Notes: a model not told the origin generated them from the sequence alone. 64,000 nucleotides of DNA from an uncultured Gemmatimonadales bacterium (GCA_963842945.1 CAWJIM010000005.1:1-64000), one strand, 5' to 3'; positions 39,691 through 51,126 are shown, counted from the stretch's first letter. Program-made: numbers and translations.

Positions 39691-40659
39691 TTAACGGAGG
39701 GAGGCGTACAGCTGATCGAACAGAGCGCCGCCCCGCTCCAGCCTCGTCGCGTCGTCGGAGTAGGTCCTCACCAGGCCCCGGAGCATTGCGGCCACGCCGG
39801 AAGCTTCCTCCCGCCCGAACTTGCCGTCCTTGCAATCGATATCGTGCACGATCTCGCCCACGGCCCGCAGGGCGCGGTCGCGCAGGCCGGCGCGGAGCAT
39901 GATGGTTTCGAAGGTGCACCGGTCTCCATCGTGGGTGTACTCGGCCTCATACATGTCGAAGCGGACCTCCCCCTTGGCGGGGCGATAGGTCTTCCCTGCG
40001 ACAAATCTGAATTCGGCCCTGGCATCGATGAATCGCCGGATCAGCCAGGCGCTGGCGATCCGGTCGACGAAAACGTCGCGACGGGTGACCCAGACTTTTC
40101 CCCGCATGCGATCGATGGCTTTCCCGCTGACGGTCTGGGGTCGGCTTAACCGGACTTCGAGGCGAGCCAGCGCGCGCTCCGCCGTCGGGCCGCCGGATGA
40201 TCCGAAGTAATCGATGGCCTGCACTTCCTCCAGCCGCCGCCGGAGCCGGGCGAGCTCGGCCTCGATCTCGGGCGGGACTTCCTCCGCCTTTGCCGTGACC
40301 GACACCAGCTGCTCCGCGGCCGTGGTGATCTCGGCGTAATCGGGATCGCGCGCGGCCCGAAAGACTTTCTCCAACTCGGGCCGAGTGAATCCCTCGACCA
40401 AGTTTGCCTCACAGAGAGTAGCCTCGCCGCCCTCGGACACGATCTCCCGGAGCAGCCAGCGAAAATCCTCGAGGCATTCCTCGGTATAGGGCAGAACGTA
40501 CACCGAGTTCTTGAGCGGTACCGCCCCGATCCGCTCCAGCCGCCGTCGTACTTTGACCCGGAAGTAGTCCGGCTTGGGCGGTATCTGGTGGATCAGGAGC
40601 AGCCAGGGTGCCGCGGAGGGGGAGCGGAGTGACTTGACAGTCACAACTGAAGCATTCAT
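39691..40659 (-). CDS. chrB: Chromate resistance protein ChrB
   Basis: WLLLIHQIPPKP.Y.RVK..RRL...GAV.LKNSVY and WVTR....VDRIASAWLIRRFID...H.GD.CTFE. Confidence 0.88.
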   Translation of the reverse strand: MNASVVTVKSLRSPSAAPWLLLIHQIPPKPDYFRVKVRRRLERIGAVPLKNSVYVLPYTEECLEDFRWLLREIVSEGGEATLCEANLVEGFTRPELEKVFRAARDPDYAEITTAAEQLVSVTAKAEEVPPEIEAELARLRRRLEEVQAIDYFGSSGGPTAERALARLEVRLSRPQTVSGKAIDRMRGKVWVTRRDVFVDRIASAWLIRRFIDARAEFRFVAGKTYRPAKGEVRFDMYEAEYTHDGDRCTFETIMLRAGLRDRALRAVGEIVHDIDCKDGKFGREEASGVAAMLRGLVRTYSDDATRLERGGALFDQLYASLR

Positions 40660-40729
40660 ATAGCAAGTGTATCATCTCTCAGCGGGAGAGACAAGCTGGT
40701 CCGGCCGTTCACCCCAACCTAGACCGACC

Positions 40730-42145
40730 ATGCGGCATACTCGCCTGCTCCTGGTTTTGCTGCTCTCCGCCCTCCTCACCGAGCCTGATCTTCTTCGCGC
40801 CCAGACCCCGACGGCAGATCGAGCGAAAGCACCCTGTCCGGAACGTACGGCCCGGCCGCGGACAGCTTGATCCGGGCGGCAACCCGGGACAGCGCCGCCT
40901 ACCGACGCCTGGGCGAGCTGGTGGATCGGTTCGGCTCCCGCTTCAGCGGCTCAGCCAGTCTCGAGGCTGCCATCGACTGGATCCTGGCCCGGATGAAGTC
41001 CGACGGGCTGGAGCATGTTCGAGGCGAGCCGGTGGTGGTCCCGCACTGGGTACGGGGCCGCGAGTCTGCCTGGCTGATCCAGCCGCGCCGGGCACCCCTG
41101 GCCATGCTGGGCCTGGGCGGAAGTGTGCCCACGCCCGCGTCAGGCATCACCGCTCAAGTCCTGGTGGTCAGCAGCTTCGATGACCTCGAAGCCCAAGGCA
41201 GTAAGGCCCGGGGCAAGATCGTGCTGTTCGATGCGCCGTTTACCAGTTACCGAGAAACCGTGCGAGTACCGGGTGGAAGGCGCGTCGGCAGCCGCGCGGG
41301 CCGGCGCGGTGGCCTGTCTGGTTCGGTCCATCGCCTCCTTCTCGATCAGGAGCCCGCACACCGGCACCATGCGCTACGACTCCACGGTCACGCGGATTCC
41401 TGTCGCGGCGTTGAGCACTGAGGATGCCGCAATGCTGCACCGGTTCCAGGACCGGGGCGAGCGAGTGGTGGTGACCCTGACCATGGGCGCCCGCACTTTG
41501 CCGGACGCTCGCTCCCGCAATGTGGTGGCCGAGCTGCCGGGCACGGAGCGGCCGGATGAGGTCGTGGTGCTGGGGGGACACATCGATTCCTGGGACGTGG
41601 GACAGGGCGCCGTGGATGACGGTGGAGGAGCGGTTGCCGCCTGGGAAGCCGTCAGGCTGATCCACGTTCTGGGACTCCGGCCGCGGCGCACAATCCGGGT
41701 GGTGCTGTGGACCAACGAGGAGAACGGCGGGCGGGGCGCTCTGGCCTACCGGGACGCGCACTCGGCCGAGCTGGCCAACCACACGCTCGCCATTGAATCG
41801 GACAACGGGACGTTCAGCCCGCATGGATTCAGGTTCAGCGGCAGCGATGCCGCTCTCAGGCGATTGCAGGAAATCGGGCCGTTGCTTTCGCGGGTTGGCG
41901 CGGGTGATATCAGCAAGGAGCCCAACTCGCCGGAAGCGGACATCGCTCCGCTGGTCGAGCGGGGGGTTCCCGGCATGGGGCTCGACGTGGAGCGCAGCAA
42001 ATATTTCTGGTTTCATCACAGCCAGGGCGACACTCTGGACAAGCTGGATCCGGCCGAGCTGGCGCGCTGCGTGGCCGCACTGGCGGTGATGGCATACGTC
42101 GTAGCCGATCTGCCCGATGCTCTGCCGCGCAGCGCGGGACCGTGA
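40730..42145 (+). CDS. M28 family peptidase (carboxypeptidase Q-like), frameshifts near 40850 and 41260
   Basis: Signal peptide; R.SGS, LGLGGSV.T, GKIVLF, SPHTG, GGHIDSWDVGQGA.DDG, WTNEE and ESD motifs spread over three frames. Confidence 0.88.
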
Positions 42146-43335
42146 GCCGGCCGGCGCTCGTCTGGCTGGGGCTCAATCGCAACACCGCCTCCGTCGCCGG
42201 CGCCGGCCTCCTCATGGCGCTGGGCGAAGAGCTCTGGAAGCGGTTCCTCCCGAAATATCTGGAGAGCAGCGGTGCTCCACTGCTGGTGGTGGGCGCCTAT
42301 GGCAGCACCCGGGATCTGCTCGACGGGCTGGCGCAGTACCCGGGCGGGTGGATCTCCGACCGATACGGCCGCCGGGTGGGTCTGCAGATTTTCATCGGTA
42401 TCGCGATCATCGGCTATCTCCTGCTGGTAGCTGGAAGGTCCTGGGCCCTGATCTTTGCCGGGACGGTGCTTGCCCTGGCGTGGACCAGCATGGCCAGCCC
42501 TACCGTCTTCGCGGTCATCGGGGACGCCCTGCCGCCTGGGCGTCGTGCCATGGGGTTCTCCGTACAATCGATCCTGCGACGGATCCCCATCGCCGTAGCT
42601 CCGGTCCTGGGCGGAATGATGATCGCGAGTCGGGGTGTCCTGGCGGGCGTCAGGCTGGGGTTGATGGTCACCATCGCCCTTGCCCTGGCAACGCTGACGT
42701 TGGTCTCTCAGGTGCGGCTGGAGCTTCCACCCCAGAGCCGGTCCCACTCCATGCGGGATGTCTGGCGCTCCCTTCCCGAATCGCTTCGGCGGTTGCTGCT
42801 GTCGGATATTCTGGTCCGCACCTCCGAGGCGCTGGTGGACGTGTTTCTGGTCATCTACGCGCTGGATGTGGTGGGAGTGCGGGCGCCGCAGTACGGGCTG
42901 CTGGTTTCGGTGCAAATGACCACCTCCATCCTGGCGTATCTGCCCGCGGCCCGGCTGGCCGATCGGATCGGGCGGAAGCCGCTGGTCATCGCGACCTTCG
43001 TGGCCTTCGGTCTCTTCCCACTGGCCGTGGTGCAGGCTACCTCGTTCGCCGGACTGCTGGGAGCCTTTGTCGTGGGTGGGTTGCGAGAGGTGGGGGAGCC
43101 GGCCCGCAAGGCGCTGATCGTCGATCTGGCTCGGGCCGATCTGCGGGCGAGGTCGGTCGGTCTCTACTATCTGGTCTGATCGCTCAGCATCACACCCGCC
43201 GCATTGCTGGGCGCCCTGCTCTGGCAGTCCTCGCCGACATCTCCCTTTCTGATCGCGTCAGGGTTCGGGCTGGTTGGGGCGTTGGTCTTTACCGCTACGG
43301 TCGACGAGACCACCGCTTCGCGGATGATGAGGTAA
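42142..43335 (+). CDS. MFS transporter with in-frame TGA at 43177-43179
   Basis: MFS helices with the DRYGRR motif. The frame continues past TGA with two more TM helices to TAA at 43333. Confidence 0.8.
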
Positions 43336-43428
43336 GGTCGGTATGGGCCTGAAGCTATGCCAACTGTATCATGGGAGAGGACGCGGTTCGAAACCGCGGG
43401 CGTGCCGTTGCCGTAACGGGTACTAACC

Positions 43429-45775
43429 ATGCTGCTGGCGCTAGCCCTCCTCACTCCATGGGAATTGCCAGACCCGCCTGCCGTGTACAGCGGCCGTGCG
43501 GGGCAGGTGGAGGTGCGGGTTCCCCGGCTGGAGGCCGACCTCTCGGTCGACGGCAAGCTGGCGGAGGCGGTGTGGGGCGAGTCGGCGGTGCTGACCGGCT
43601 TCTCCCAGTTCTCTCCGACCGATGGGATCCCGGCCGCGGACACCACCCAGGTGCTTGTCTGGTACTCTCCCACCGCGATCCATTTCGGCGTCCGGGCCTT
43701 CGAGGCGCATGGACCGGTGCACGCCACCCTGGCGGACCGGGATAAGATCTCGGCGGACGATTACATCCAGATCCTGCTCAGCACCTTCAACGATAGCCGC
43801 CAGGCGCTGGTCTTTTCGGTGAACCCCCTGGGGGTTCAGTCGGATGGCGCGCTGGTGGAGACCGGATCCACCAGCGGAAACGGCTTCAACAGTGCCGTGG
43901 TGAAGCGGGAGCAAGCCGACCTCAGCCCCGACTATGTGTTCGAATCCAAGGGCCGGGTTACCGAGTACGGATATGAGATCGAGATCCGGATACCCTTCAA
44001 GAGCATCCGCTTTCAACCCAGGAAGGAGCAGATCTGGGGCATCAACGTTGTCCGGCTGGTCCAGCACTCGGGCCGGGAGGACAGCTGGACCCCGGCCAAA
44101 CGGGCTAGCGCCTCCTTCCTGAGGCAGTCCGGCAAGCTCGTGGGGCTGACCGACCTGCGCCGTGGCGTGGTGCTCGACTTCACGCCATCTCTGACCTCCA
44201 GGACTACTGGAGCCGACGGGGCCGCCGGCTGGAGCTATTCCGGAGGGAGTCCCGAGCTGGGCGGGACCCTCCGCTGGGGTATCACCAACAACTTGACGCT
44301 CAACGGGACGGCCAACCCGGATTTCTCCCAGATCGAGTCCGATGCCCAGCAGTTCGTGTTCGATCCGCGCAACGAGCTCTTCTTTCAGGAGAAGCGACCG
44401 TTCTTCCTGGAGGCAATCGAGCAGTTCTCCACGCCGAGCAACCTGATCTACACCCGGCGGATCGTGCAGCCCGTCGTGGCCGCCAAGCTCACCGGAAAAG
44501 CGTTCGGGACCGACCTGGCCGTGCTGTCCGCGGTGGACGATCCGGCCCTGTCGCCCTCTGCCGACGATCATCCGCTGTACAACCTGCTCCGGATTCAGCG
44601 CGATGTCGGCTCGCAGTCCCGGGTCGGAGTGGTCTACACCGACAAGGTGGTGGGCCGCGACTACAACCGGGTGGCCGGCGTCGATACCCGACTGGTCATG
44701 GGCGAGATCTACAGTGCCCAGCTTCAGGTGGCCGGCAGCCGCACCCGGGTTGGGGGTGTGACCGAAACCGGTCCTCTCTGGTCCTCTCGGCTGGCCCGAA
44801 ACGGCCGCACCTTTGGGGCGCGCTACACCTTCACCGGCGTGGCCAATGATTTCCGCGCGGCCAGCGGATTCATTCAGCGGGCCGGGATCGTGCACGCCAA
44901 TCTGGATCACAGCATAACGCTCTATGGGAAACAGGGCGGGTGGCTCGAAAGCTTTACCGGAGACGTGGCGTTGGATGGAACCTGGGAATACCAGAAGTTC
45001 GTGAACGGCGAGGGAATTCAGGACAAGAAGCTGCACTTCAATACCAACACCCGGTTTGGTGGAGGCTGGCAGTTTGGGGCCTCCGTTCTGACCGAGTCGT
45101 TCGGGTATCCGGCGGATCTCTACACCGATTATGCGCTCGAGGTGCCCGGCGGGGCCGGCGGCCTGGACACGATTCCCTTCACCGGCCAACCCACCATCCC
45201 GAATCTGGACTACGTGCTCTCACTCGACACGCCGGAGTTCTCCCATTTCTCGGGGAACATTTTCTTTCTCTGGGGTCACGACGAAAACTTCTACGAATGG
45301 GCCAGTGCCGAACATCACCTGGCTCGATCTGGTCCTCGACTGGCGGCCCACCGACCAGCTGCGGGTGAATGGAGAGTACCACCTCCAGTTTGTGGGCCGT
45401 CGCAGCGACGGCAGCACGGTGAGCATCTGGAGAAGTCCGCGGATCAAGATCGAATATCAGCTCTCCCGGCCGATCTTTCTCCGGCTGGTGGGGGAGTACA
45501 CCACCGAACGGCGCGACTCCCTGCGGGACGAGTCTCGAACCAACGCTCCCATTCTGGTGCTCGATCCAGCAACCAACCTGTACACGCGCACCCAGCCCTT
45601 TGGCCACCGCGCGTTCCGCGGTGATTTTCTGTTCTCCTATCAGCCTACGCCCGGAACCGTGCTCTTCGCCGGTTACGGAAGCACGCTACGAGATCCCACC
45701 CAGATGGGCCAATCCACGCTCCAGCGGGCGGAAGATGGATTTTTCCTCAAGTTGAGCTACCTGTTTCAGATGTAG
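43429..45775 (+). CDS. DUF5916 / CBM9-like sugar-binding outer-membrane protein, frameshift near 45310
   Basis: VDGKL.E.VW, F.VNPLGVQ.DG, EIRIPFKS.RF, NPDFSQIESD, EKRPFFLE; C-terminal FLKLSYLF. Confidence 0.85.
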
Positions 45776-45951
45776 GTCCTCCTAAGGCTTTCCCTCCACG
45801 TCCTTTGTAGCCGGCCCGCTACAACGCCGGGGCATAAGCCACATGCCGGTGGTGATCCAGCCAGCTACGGGCGACCGCAAAAGAGGCACTCGCTCAACAG
45901 TTTGACCGCCGTGAGACAAATACTGCAGTAGTCAGCGGATAGCCCCTGCGG

Positions 45952-45967
45952 TTGGCTTGCCTCTTGC
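45952..45967 (+). promoter_or_regulatory. Possible sigma-54 promoter
   Basis: TTGGCTTG-CCTC-TTGC (GG-N10-GC), 110 bp upstream of the glycosyltransferase operon. Confidence 0.4.
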
Positions 45968-46077
45968 CCCCCGATGCCGCGCATTTCTTCGCATTCCTGA
46001 CACAGTCGATTGGTAGCTGCCGCCGAAAGCGGCAGAGCAGGGTACCGCTCGTCTCTCTCCCCCTGGAGCAGCTCGAG

Positions 46078-47313
46078 ATGCGCATCCTGATCCTGAATTA
46101 CGAGTATCCTCCGCTGGGCGGCGGAGCCGGGGTAGCCACCGCCGCGCTGGCCCACGGCCTGGCAGATCGTGGTGTCGCCGTCGATGTGGTGACTGCTTCC
46201 GCCAATGACCGTGCCGAGCGGCGGAGCTCTTCGCGGGATCACCACCTGCCCCAGGAGCTGGGTGGGTTGCGCCTCTTCCGGGTGCGGAGCAGCCGGATCG
46301 GGGTGCATCAGGCCGGGATGCTGGGTGCGGCGAGCTATCTTCTGCACGCGCTTCCGGTGGTGCGCCGCCTGCTCCGCACTCACCAGTACGATGCGGTCCA
46401 CGTCTTCTTCTCCCTCCCTACTGGTGCCTTGCTTCCGTTCGCCGGGATCGGCGACGTACCGGTCATCGTTTCGCTTCGCGGATCCGACGTCCCGGGCTAC
46501 GACCCCTACAACAGCAGCGTGCAGCGAATGCACCGGCTGCTCGCACCGCTCACCCGCTGGATCTGGCGACGGGCGGACCAGGTGGTCCCGGTCTGCGAGA
46601 GTCTCGGCCGGCTGGCGAAGCTCACCTGCCCGGGCCTGGCATACAGCGTCCTCCCAAATGGCGTGGACCTGGACCTCTTCCACCCAGCGGTGCCAAGCCC
46701 GCGGGTGCCGGGAACCAGGCCTACCCGCTGCCTTGCCGTGGCCCGGCTGGTGGAGCGAAAGGGACTCGGTGAGCTCATTCGCGCCTTTGCCCTTCTCCCG
46801 CGGGGTCAATTCGAGCTGGAGATCGTAGGCGAGGGGCCGGATCGGGAGTTGCTGCGTGGGCTGACCAAACGCCTCGGAATTGCCGGTGAAATCAAGTTCA
46901 GCGGCTCCCTCAGCCGAGCTGCGCTGGCGGAACGCTACCGCGCCGCGGATCTCTTCACCTTACCGTCGGCGGCGGAGGCGTTCGGAAACGTGTTCGCCGA
47001 AGCCTTGGCATCCGGTCTTCCCATTGTAGGCAGCACCACAGGCGGCATCCCCGAGCTGGTGGAACACGGGGTCAACGGTCTGCTGATCGATCCCGGCCAG
47101 CCTCTGGCGTTGGCCCGCGCCATCCAGTACCTGGCGCAGGATCCCGAGCTTCTGCAGATGATGCGGACCCGCAACCGGGCCAAGGCCGAAGCCATGCTGC
47201 AGTGGTCTCAAATCACCGGCCGATACCACGCCCTGTACGAGGGTCTCAGGCATCGGGCGCCCGCACTAGCGCGGCTGAGCCGGCAGCCGGTCGGCGTGGT
47301 GAACACCGTATGA
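46078..47313 (+). CDS. Glycosyltransferase family 4
   Basis: MRILILNYEYPPLGGGAG, PNGVD, RL..RKG and EAFGNVFAEALASGLP motifs. Confidence 0.93.
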   Translation: MRILILNYEYPPLGGGAGVATAALAHGLADRGVAVDVVTASANDRAERRSSSRDHHLPQELGGLRLFRVRSSRIGVHQAGMLGAASYLLHALPVVRRLLRTHQYDAVHVFFSLPTGALLPFAGIGDVPVIVSLRGSDVPGYDPYNSSVQRMHRLLAPLTRWIWRRADQVVPVCESLGRLAKLTCPGLAYSVLPNGVDLDLFHPAVPSPRVPGTRPTRCLAVARLVERKGLGELIRAFALLPRGQFELEIVGEGPDRELLRGLTKRLGIAGEIKFSGSLSRAALAERYRAADLFTLPSAAEAFGNVFAEALASGLPIVGSTTGGIPELVEHGVNGLLIDPGQPLALARAIQYLAQDPELLQMMRTRNRAKAEAMLQWSQITGRYHALYEGLRHRAPALARLSRQPVGVVNTV

Positions 47314-48590
47314 GCGCGGCTCTCGGCTTTTGGCTCGCGGCTGATGCAGCGCGCACCTTCGGCATGCTGCGGCAGGACCCGGAGTGGATCAGCGCTGTGG
47401 CCCGGGACCGCCTCAGCCGACTGCTCTTTCACCTGGCACGCCACAACAGCTTCTATGGTCGCCGACTTCAGTCGGCAGGCATCGAATGGGCCGACCCGGT
47501 GCTCCAGCGGGACCCGTATCGGGCGCTTGCCGCGCTGCCTCCAGTGTCAAAGGCCGAGCTTCGTCGGGCGGGAACCCGGGCTCTGGATGGAGGGGTGCTG
47601 CGCCCTGACTGGTATTCCTCATCCTCGTCCGGCTCCACTGGCGAGCCGTTCACGGTGTATTACGAGGCGCGGTCCTGGGCCCGTCTCAAGTATCTGGTCA
47701 AGCTGCGGGCCCGCGCCGCCTGCGGTGTTCGACCGAGCGACCGGATTGCCCTGCTCGACGCATTCCTGCCGGAGCGCTCCACGCCGGCGAACTGGAGGCC
47801 ATGGGCACGGATCAGCGTGCTTCAGCCCGCGGCTTCCGTTGCGGCTGCTCTGCAGGCCTTCCAGCCCGATGTGGTGTATGGGCTCCCTTCAGCCCTGCTC
47901 GAGGTGGGAAGACACCTCGGAGAGCAGGGGCAACAGCTCCCGGTGCGAGCACTGTTCACCAGTGGGGAGCTGCTCCAAGGCGGAGTCCGGGACACTCTTT
48001 CGGCGACATTCCAGGCACCGGTTTACGACATCTACGGCACGTCGGAGACCAAGGAGATTGCCTGGGAATGCTCGTCCGGCGGCCGGCACATCAACGCCGA
48101 CGTGGTGCATGTCGAGGTGGTCGACGATGCGGGTCAGGCGCTGCCGGCCGGCGTGGAAGGCAATCTGGTCGCCACGGTGTTGGTCAATCGCGCCATGCCC
48201 CTGCTGCGGTACCGGACCGGTGACCGGGCCAGCCTGCAACCTGACGGCTGTGCCTGCGGCTGCCCCATGCCGCGGCTCGGGCCGGTGACCGGCCGGGCGG
48301 CGGACATCCTCATCCTGCGCGATGGACTGCGCGTTTCCCCCTACGCGCTGACCTGCGCCATCGAGCGCATCCCCGGCGTGGTGCGCTACCAGGTGAGCCA
48401 ACTGGATCAGGTCAGAGTACGGGTGCGCGCAATTCTGGAGTCGGCGGCGGACCGGAGTGCGGTCACCGCCCGGGTTCGGGCGGCGCTCCGCTACGATGTC
48501 GCTCCGTTTCTCGACGCCGACGTGGAATTCGTGGATCGGCTTCCCACCGGCCCCCGGGCCAAGTTCCGCGTCGTGGAGCCGCTGGCATGA
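47310..48590 (+). CDS. Phenylacetate-CoA ligase-like adenylate-forming enzyme (CapK-like) 1
   Basis: SSSGSTGEP, YGTSE, MPLLRYRTGD and GR motifs. Confidence 0.88.
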   Translation: MSAALGFWLAADAARTFGMLRQDPEWISAVARDRLSRLLFHLARHNSFYGRRLQSAGIEWADPVLQRDPYRALAALPPVSKAELRRAGTRALDGGVLRPDWYSSSSSGSTGEPFTVYYEARSWARLKYLVKLRARAACGVRPSDRIALLDAFLPERSTPANWRPWARISVLQPAASVAAALQAFQPDVVYGLPSALLEVGRHLGEQGQQLPVRALFTSGELLQGGVRDTLSATFQAPVYDIYGTSETKEIAWECSSGGRHINADVVHVEVVDDAGQALPAGVEGNLVATVLVNRAMPLLRYRTGDRASLQPDGCACGCPMPRLGPVTGRAADILILRDGLRVSPYALTCAIERIPGVVRYQVSQLDQVRVRVRAILESAADRSAVTARVRAALRYDVAPFLDADVEFVDRLPTGPRAKFRVVEPLA

Positions 48591-49834
48591 GTCACCCCGG
48601 CGCGGTCATCATCGGCGGGTACGCCAACGCTGTCAGTGCGCTTCGGGGTCTCGCGCGGGAGGGGGTGCGCACCGCGGTTGTGCTGACGGCCGACCACGAC
48701 ATTGCCCAGCACTCCCGTTACGCCCACGAGGCCCACCGGGTCCACTACCTCAACCGCCGTCCCGACGGTTTGCTCGAGCTGCTCGATGCTCAGCGCTGGC
48801 GTTGGCGCAACTGGGCGCTTCTTCCCACCAACGACTATGCGGTAGCCGCGATCGCCCAGCACCGGGACCATCTGTCCCGCACCTACCGGGTGACGGTTCC
48901 GGACCGGGAGGTCGCCGGCCGGGTGCTGGACAAGGCGATCACCTACCAGTTCGCTCGCAGCGTGGGAGTCGATGTGCCGACTTCCTATGGCCCTGCCTCC
49001 CGGGTCACGGCGGCCAGGCTGGATCTGGTCTTTCCGCTGGTGGTCAAGCCACTCCAGAGCGCCCGATTCTGGGAGGTGTTCGGCAAGAAGCTCCTGGTGG
49101 TCCGCGACCGCGCGGAGCTGATGCAAGCGGTGGATCGGGTGGAGGAGTCGGGGATGGATGCGGAAGTGCTGGATCTCGTCCCCGGCGGCGACACCCAGGT
49201 CTGCAACTACACGGTGTATCTCGACCGCTGGGGGAACCCGGCCGCCGAGTTCGCCCTGAGAAAGCTGCGCAAGGCTCCCCGCTTCTTCGGCGTGGGCCGG
49301 GCGGCAACGCCGGCAAATCTTCCCCAGCTGCGCGAGCGGACCATCGAGCTGCTGCGGCGGATCGGATGGCGTGGCATCGCGAGCGTCGAGTACAAGCTCG
49401 ACCCCCGGGACGGGCGCCACCGGCTGATGGAAATCAACGGCCGCTGCTTCCTGGTCCATGGACTGCCGACGCGGTGTGGAGTGAATTACCCGCTGCTCGC
49501 CTGGCGCGAGCATGTGCTCCGGGAAACTGTGAGCGCGGAGCCGAATGGCTGGAATGGAGTCTGGACCCACATGCACGCGGACCTGCTGTACACCATGGTG
49601 GAGGATCGCGCCCCCGACTGGAGCTGGCGCGACTTCATCGGCAGCTACACGGGCCCGTGGGTGGACGCGGTCTGGTCCAGCAAGGACCCGCTTCCCTTCC
49701 TGGCTCAGTGCGCCGGCACCTTCCGCAAGGCGGCGCATGGCGTGCGCGATCCCGAGGTGCGCGACGAAGTCCGCAACCGCTTCCACCAGCTGCCGGCCGG
49801 CATGGGCGGCTCTTACCGGGCGGAGGTGGGATGA
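48587..49834 (+). CDS. ATP-grasp carboxylate-amine ligase (D-aspartate ligase-like)
   Basis: LLPTND, DK, FPLVVKP and VEYKLDPRDG..RLMEINGR motifs. Confidence 0.85.
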   Translation: MSHPGAVIIGGYANAVSALRGLAREGVRTAVVLTADHDIAQHSRYAHEAHRVHYLNRRPDGLLELLDAQRWRWRNWALLPTNDYAVAAIAQHRDHLSRTYRVTVPDREVAGRVLDKAITYQFARSVGVDVPTSYGPASRVTAARLDLVFPLVVKPLQSARFWEVFGKKLLVVRDRAELMQAVDRVEESGMDAEVLDLVPGGDTQVCNYTVYLDRWGNPAAEFALRKLRKAPRFFGVGRAATPANLPQLRERTIELLRRIGWRGIASVEYKLDPRDGRHRLMEINGRCFLVHGLPTRCGVNYPLLAWREHVLRETVSAEPNGWNGVWTHMHADLLYTMVEDRAPDWSWRDFIGSYTGPWVDAVWSSKDPLPFLAQCAGTFRKAAHGVRDPEVRDEVRNRFHQLPAGMGGSYRAEVG

Positions 49835-51126
49835 AGTTCCAGTGGCGCTCCCGTCGGGAGCTGGCGGAGTTTCGCGACGCCCAGCTGCGCCGGCTGCTGG
49901 TGCATGCCTACGAGAACGTGCCGTACTACCGTACGCTCTTCGACCGGCACCGGCTGCATCCCAGGCACGTCCGCGGCGTGATCGATCTCGACCTGATTCC
50001 CATCAGCTCCAAGCCGGACCTGCGCGGCCTGCCGGCGCAGAAGGTGATCGCCGCGGGGCATGATCCCGCCCGCCTGCTCACCGCCAGAACCAGCGGTGCC
50101 ACCGGCGAGCCGTTCATCATCCGCCGCACCTGGCTGGAGGACAAGCGCAATCATCTATTCCGGCTGCGGGCCCTGACCTCGATGGGCGTGCGGCTGGGAG
50201 ACCGGCGAGTGGCCGTGGGAGTGGTGCGGCCGTCCGATCCCAACCACCTCAAACGAATCTTCCGCCCTCTACGCGGACTCGGCATCACCGGCGCTCCGCG
50301 GCTGAACGGGCTGGAGGAGCCGGAGGTCGTCGCCGCTGAGCTTCGGAAGCTCAGGCCGGACGTGATCACCGGCATGCCGGGCATTCTCTGCCGGGTGGCT
50401 GACTATCTGATCTCGAGCGGCTCCCAACCGGTGCACCCTCGGCTCGTAGTCGTGGGCGGCGAGGTGCTCACCAGCGTGATGCAGCACCGGCTGACGACGG
50501 CGTTCCAGGCGCCGGTCTATCAGACCTACGCCAGCCACGAGTTTCCGCTGCTCAGCTGGCAGTGCACCCGGACCCAGGAGCTTCACTGCTGTGACGATGG
50601 AGTGATCCTGGAGGTGCTGCACGACGGCCGTCCGGCCCAGCCGGGCGAGCAGGGCGAGGTGGTCGTCACCAATCTCAACGCTTTCACGATGCCCTTCATC
50701 CGGTATCGTCTGGGTGACATCGCCACCGTCGGTGTCGAGCAGTGCGCCTGCGGCGCGCCATTCTCGACCATTCGCCAGGTTCAGGGCCGCTCCATCGATT
50801 CGTTTACGCTTCCCGACGGCCGGGTGATCCACCCCTACCAGCTGCTCGGCACCTTCATCGGCGGAAGTGACGGCTGGATCCGGCAGTACCAGCTGCTGCA
50901 GGAGCGGCGCGATCGTATCGTCCTCCGCGTGATTCCCAACCAGGCAGCGGTCTCGGATCACATCTCCCGCATCGAGCGCTCGGTGCTCCCGGTACTGGGC
51001 CCCGGCGTGGAGTTCCGGGTCCAGCTGATGGACCACATTCCGCTCGAGCACACCGGGAAGTTCCGGTCCGCTCGTTCGCTGGTGGAGCCGGGGCCCGGCG
51101 CCCCTTTCCCCTCCAATCATGGGTGA
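49831..51126 (+). CDS. Phenylacetate-CoA ligase-like adenylate-forming enzyme (CapK-like) 2
   Basis: HAYENVPYYR, TSGATGEP, YASHE, MPFIRYRLGD and TGKFR motifs. Confidence 0.88.
   Translation: MKFQWRSRRELAEFRDAQLRRLLVHAYENVPYYRTLFDRHRLHPRHVRGVIDLDLIPISSKPDLRGLPAQKVIAAGHDPARLLTARTSGATGEPFIIRRTWLEDKRNHLFRLRALTSMGVRLGDRRVAVGVVRPSDPNHLKRIFRPLRGLGITGAPRLNGLEEPEVVAAELRKLRPDVITGMPGILCRVADYLISSGSQPVHPRLVVVGGEVLTSVMQHRLTTAFQAPVYQTYASHEFPLLSWQCTRTQELHCCDDGVILEVLHDGRPAQPGEQGEVVVTNLNAFTMPFIRYRLGDIATVGVEQCACGAPFSTIRQVQGRSIDSFTLPDGRVIHPYQLLGTFIGGSDGWIRQYQLLQERRDRIVLRVIPNQAAVSDHISRIERSVLPVLGPGVEFRVQLMDHIPLEHTGKFRSARSLVEPGPGAPFPSNHG

Noticed and set aside
43177..43240. Selenocysteine codon in the MFS gene
   Set aside because: The position looks like an Arg (CGA) in a transporter, not a catalytic Cys, and no convincing SECIS hairpin follows.
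43441..45189. 582-aa antisense ORF and similar long shadows (e.g. 25643-26821, 32841-33890, 48491-49786)
   Set aside because: Mirror frames of real high-GC genes with no motifs.
48457..51126. 889-aa fusion protein; likewise the 696-aa ORF at 52441-54531
   Set aside because: The first is an off-frame overlap of the ATP-grasp gene preceding a CapK-like gene. The second is an artefact of a frameshift joining the GNAT N-terminus to the flippase frame.
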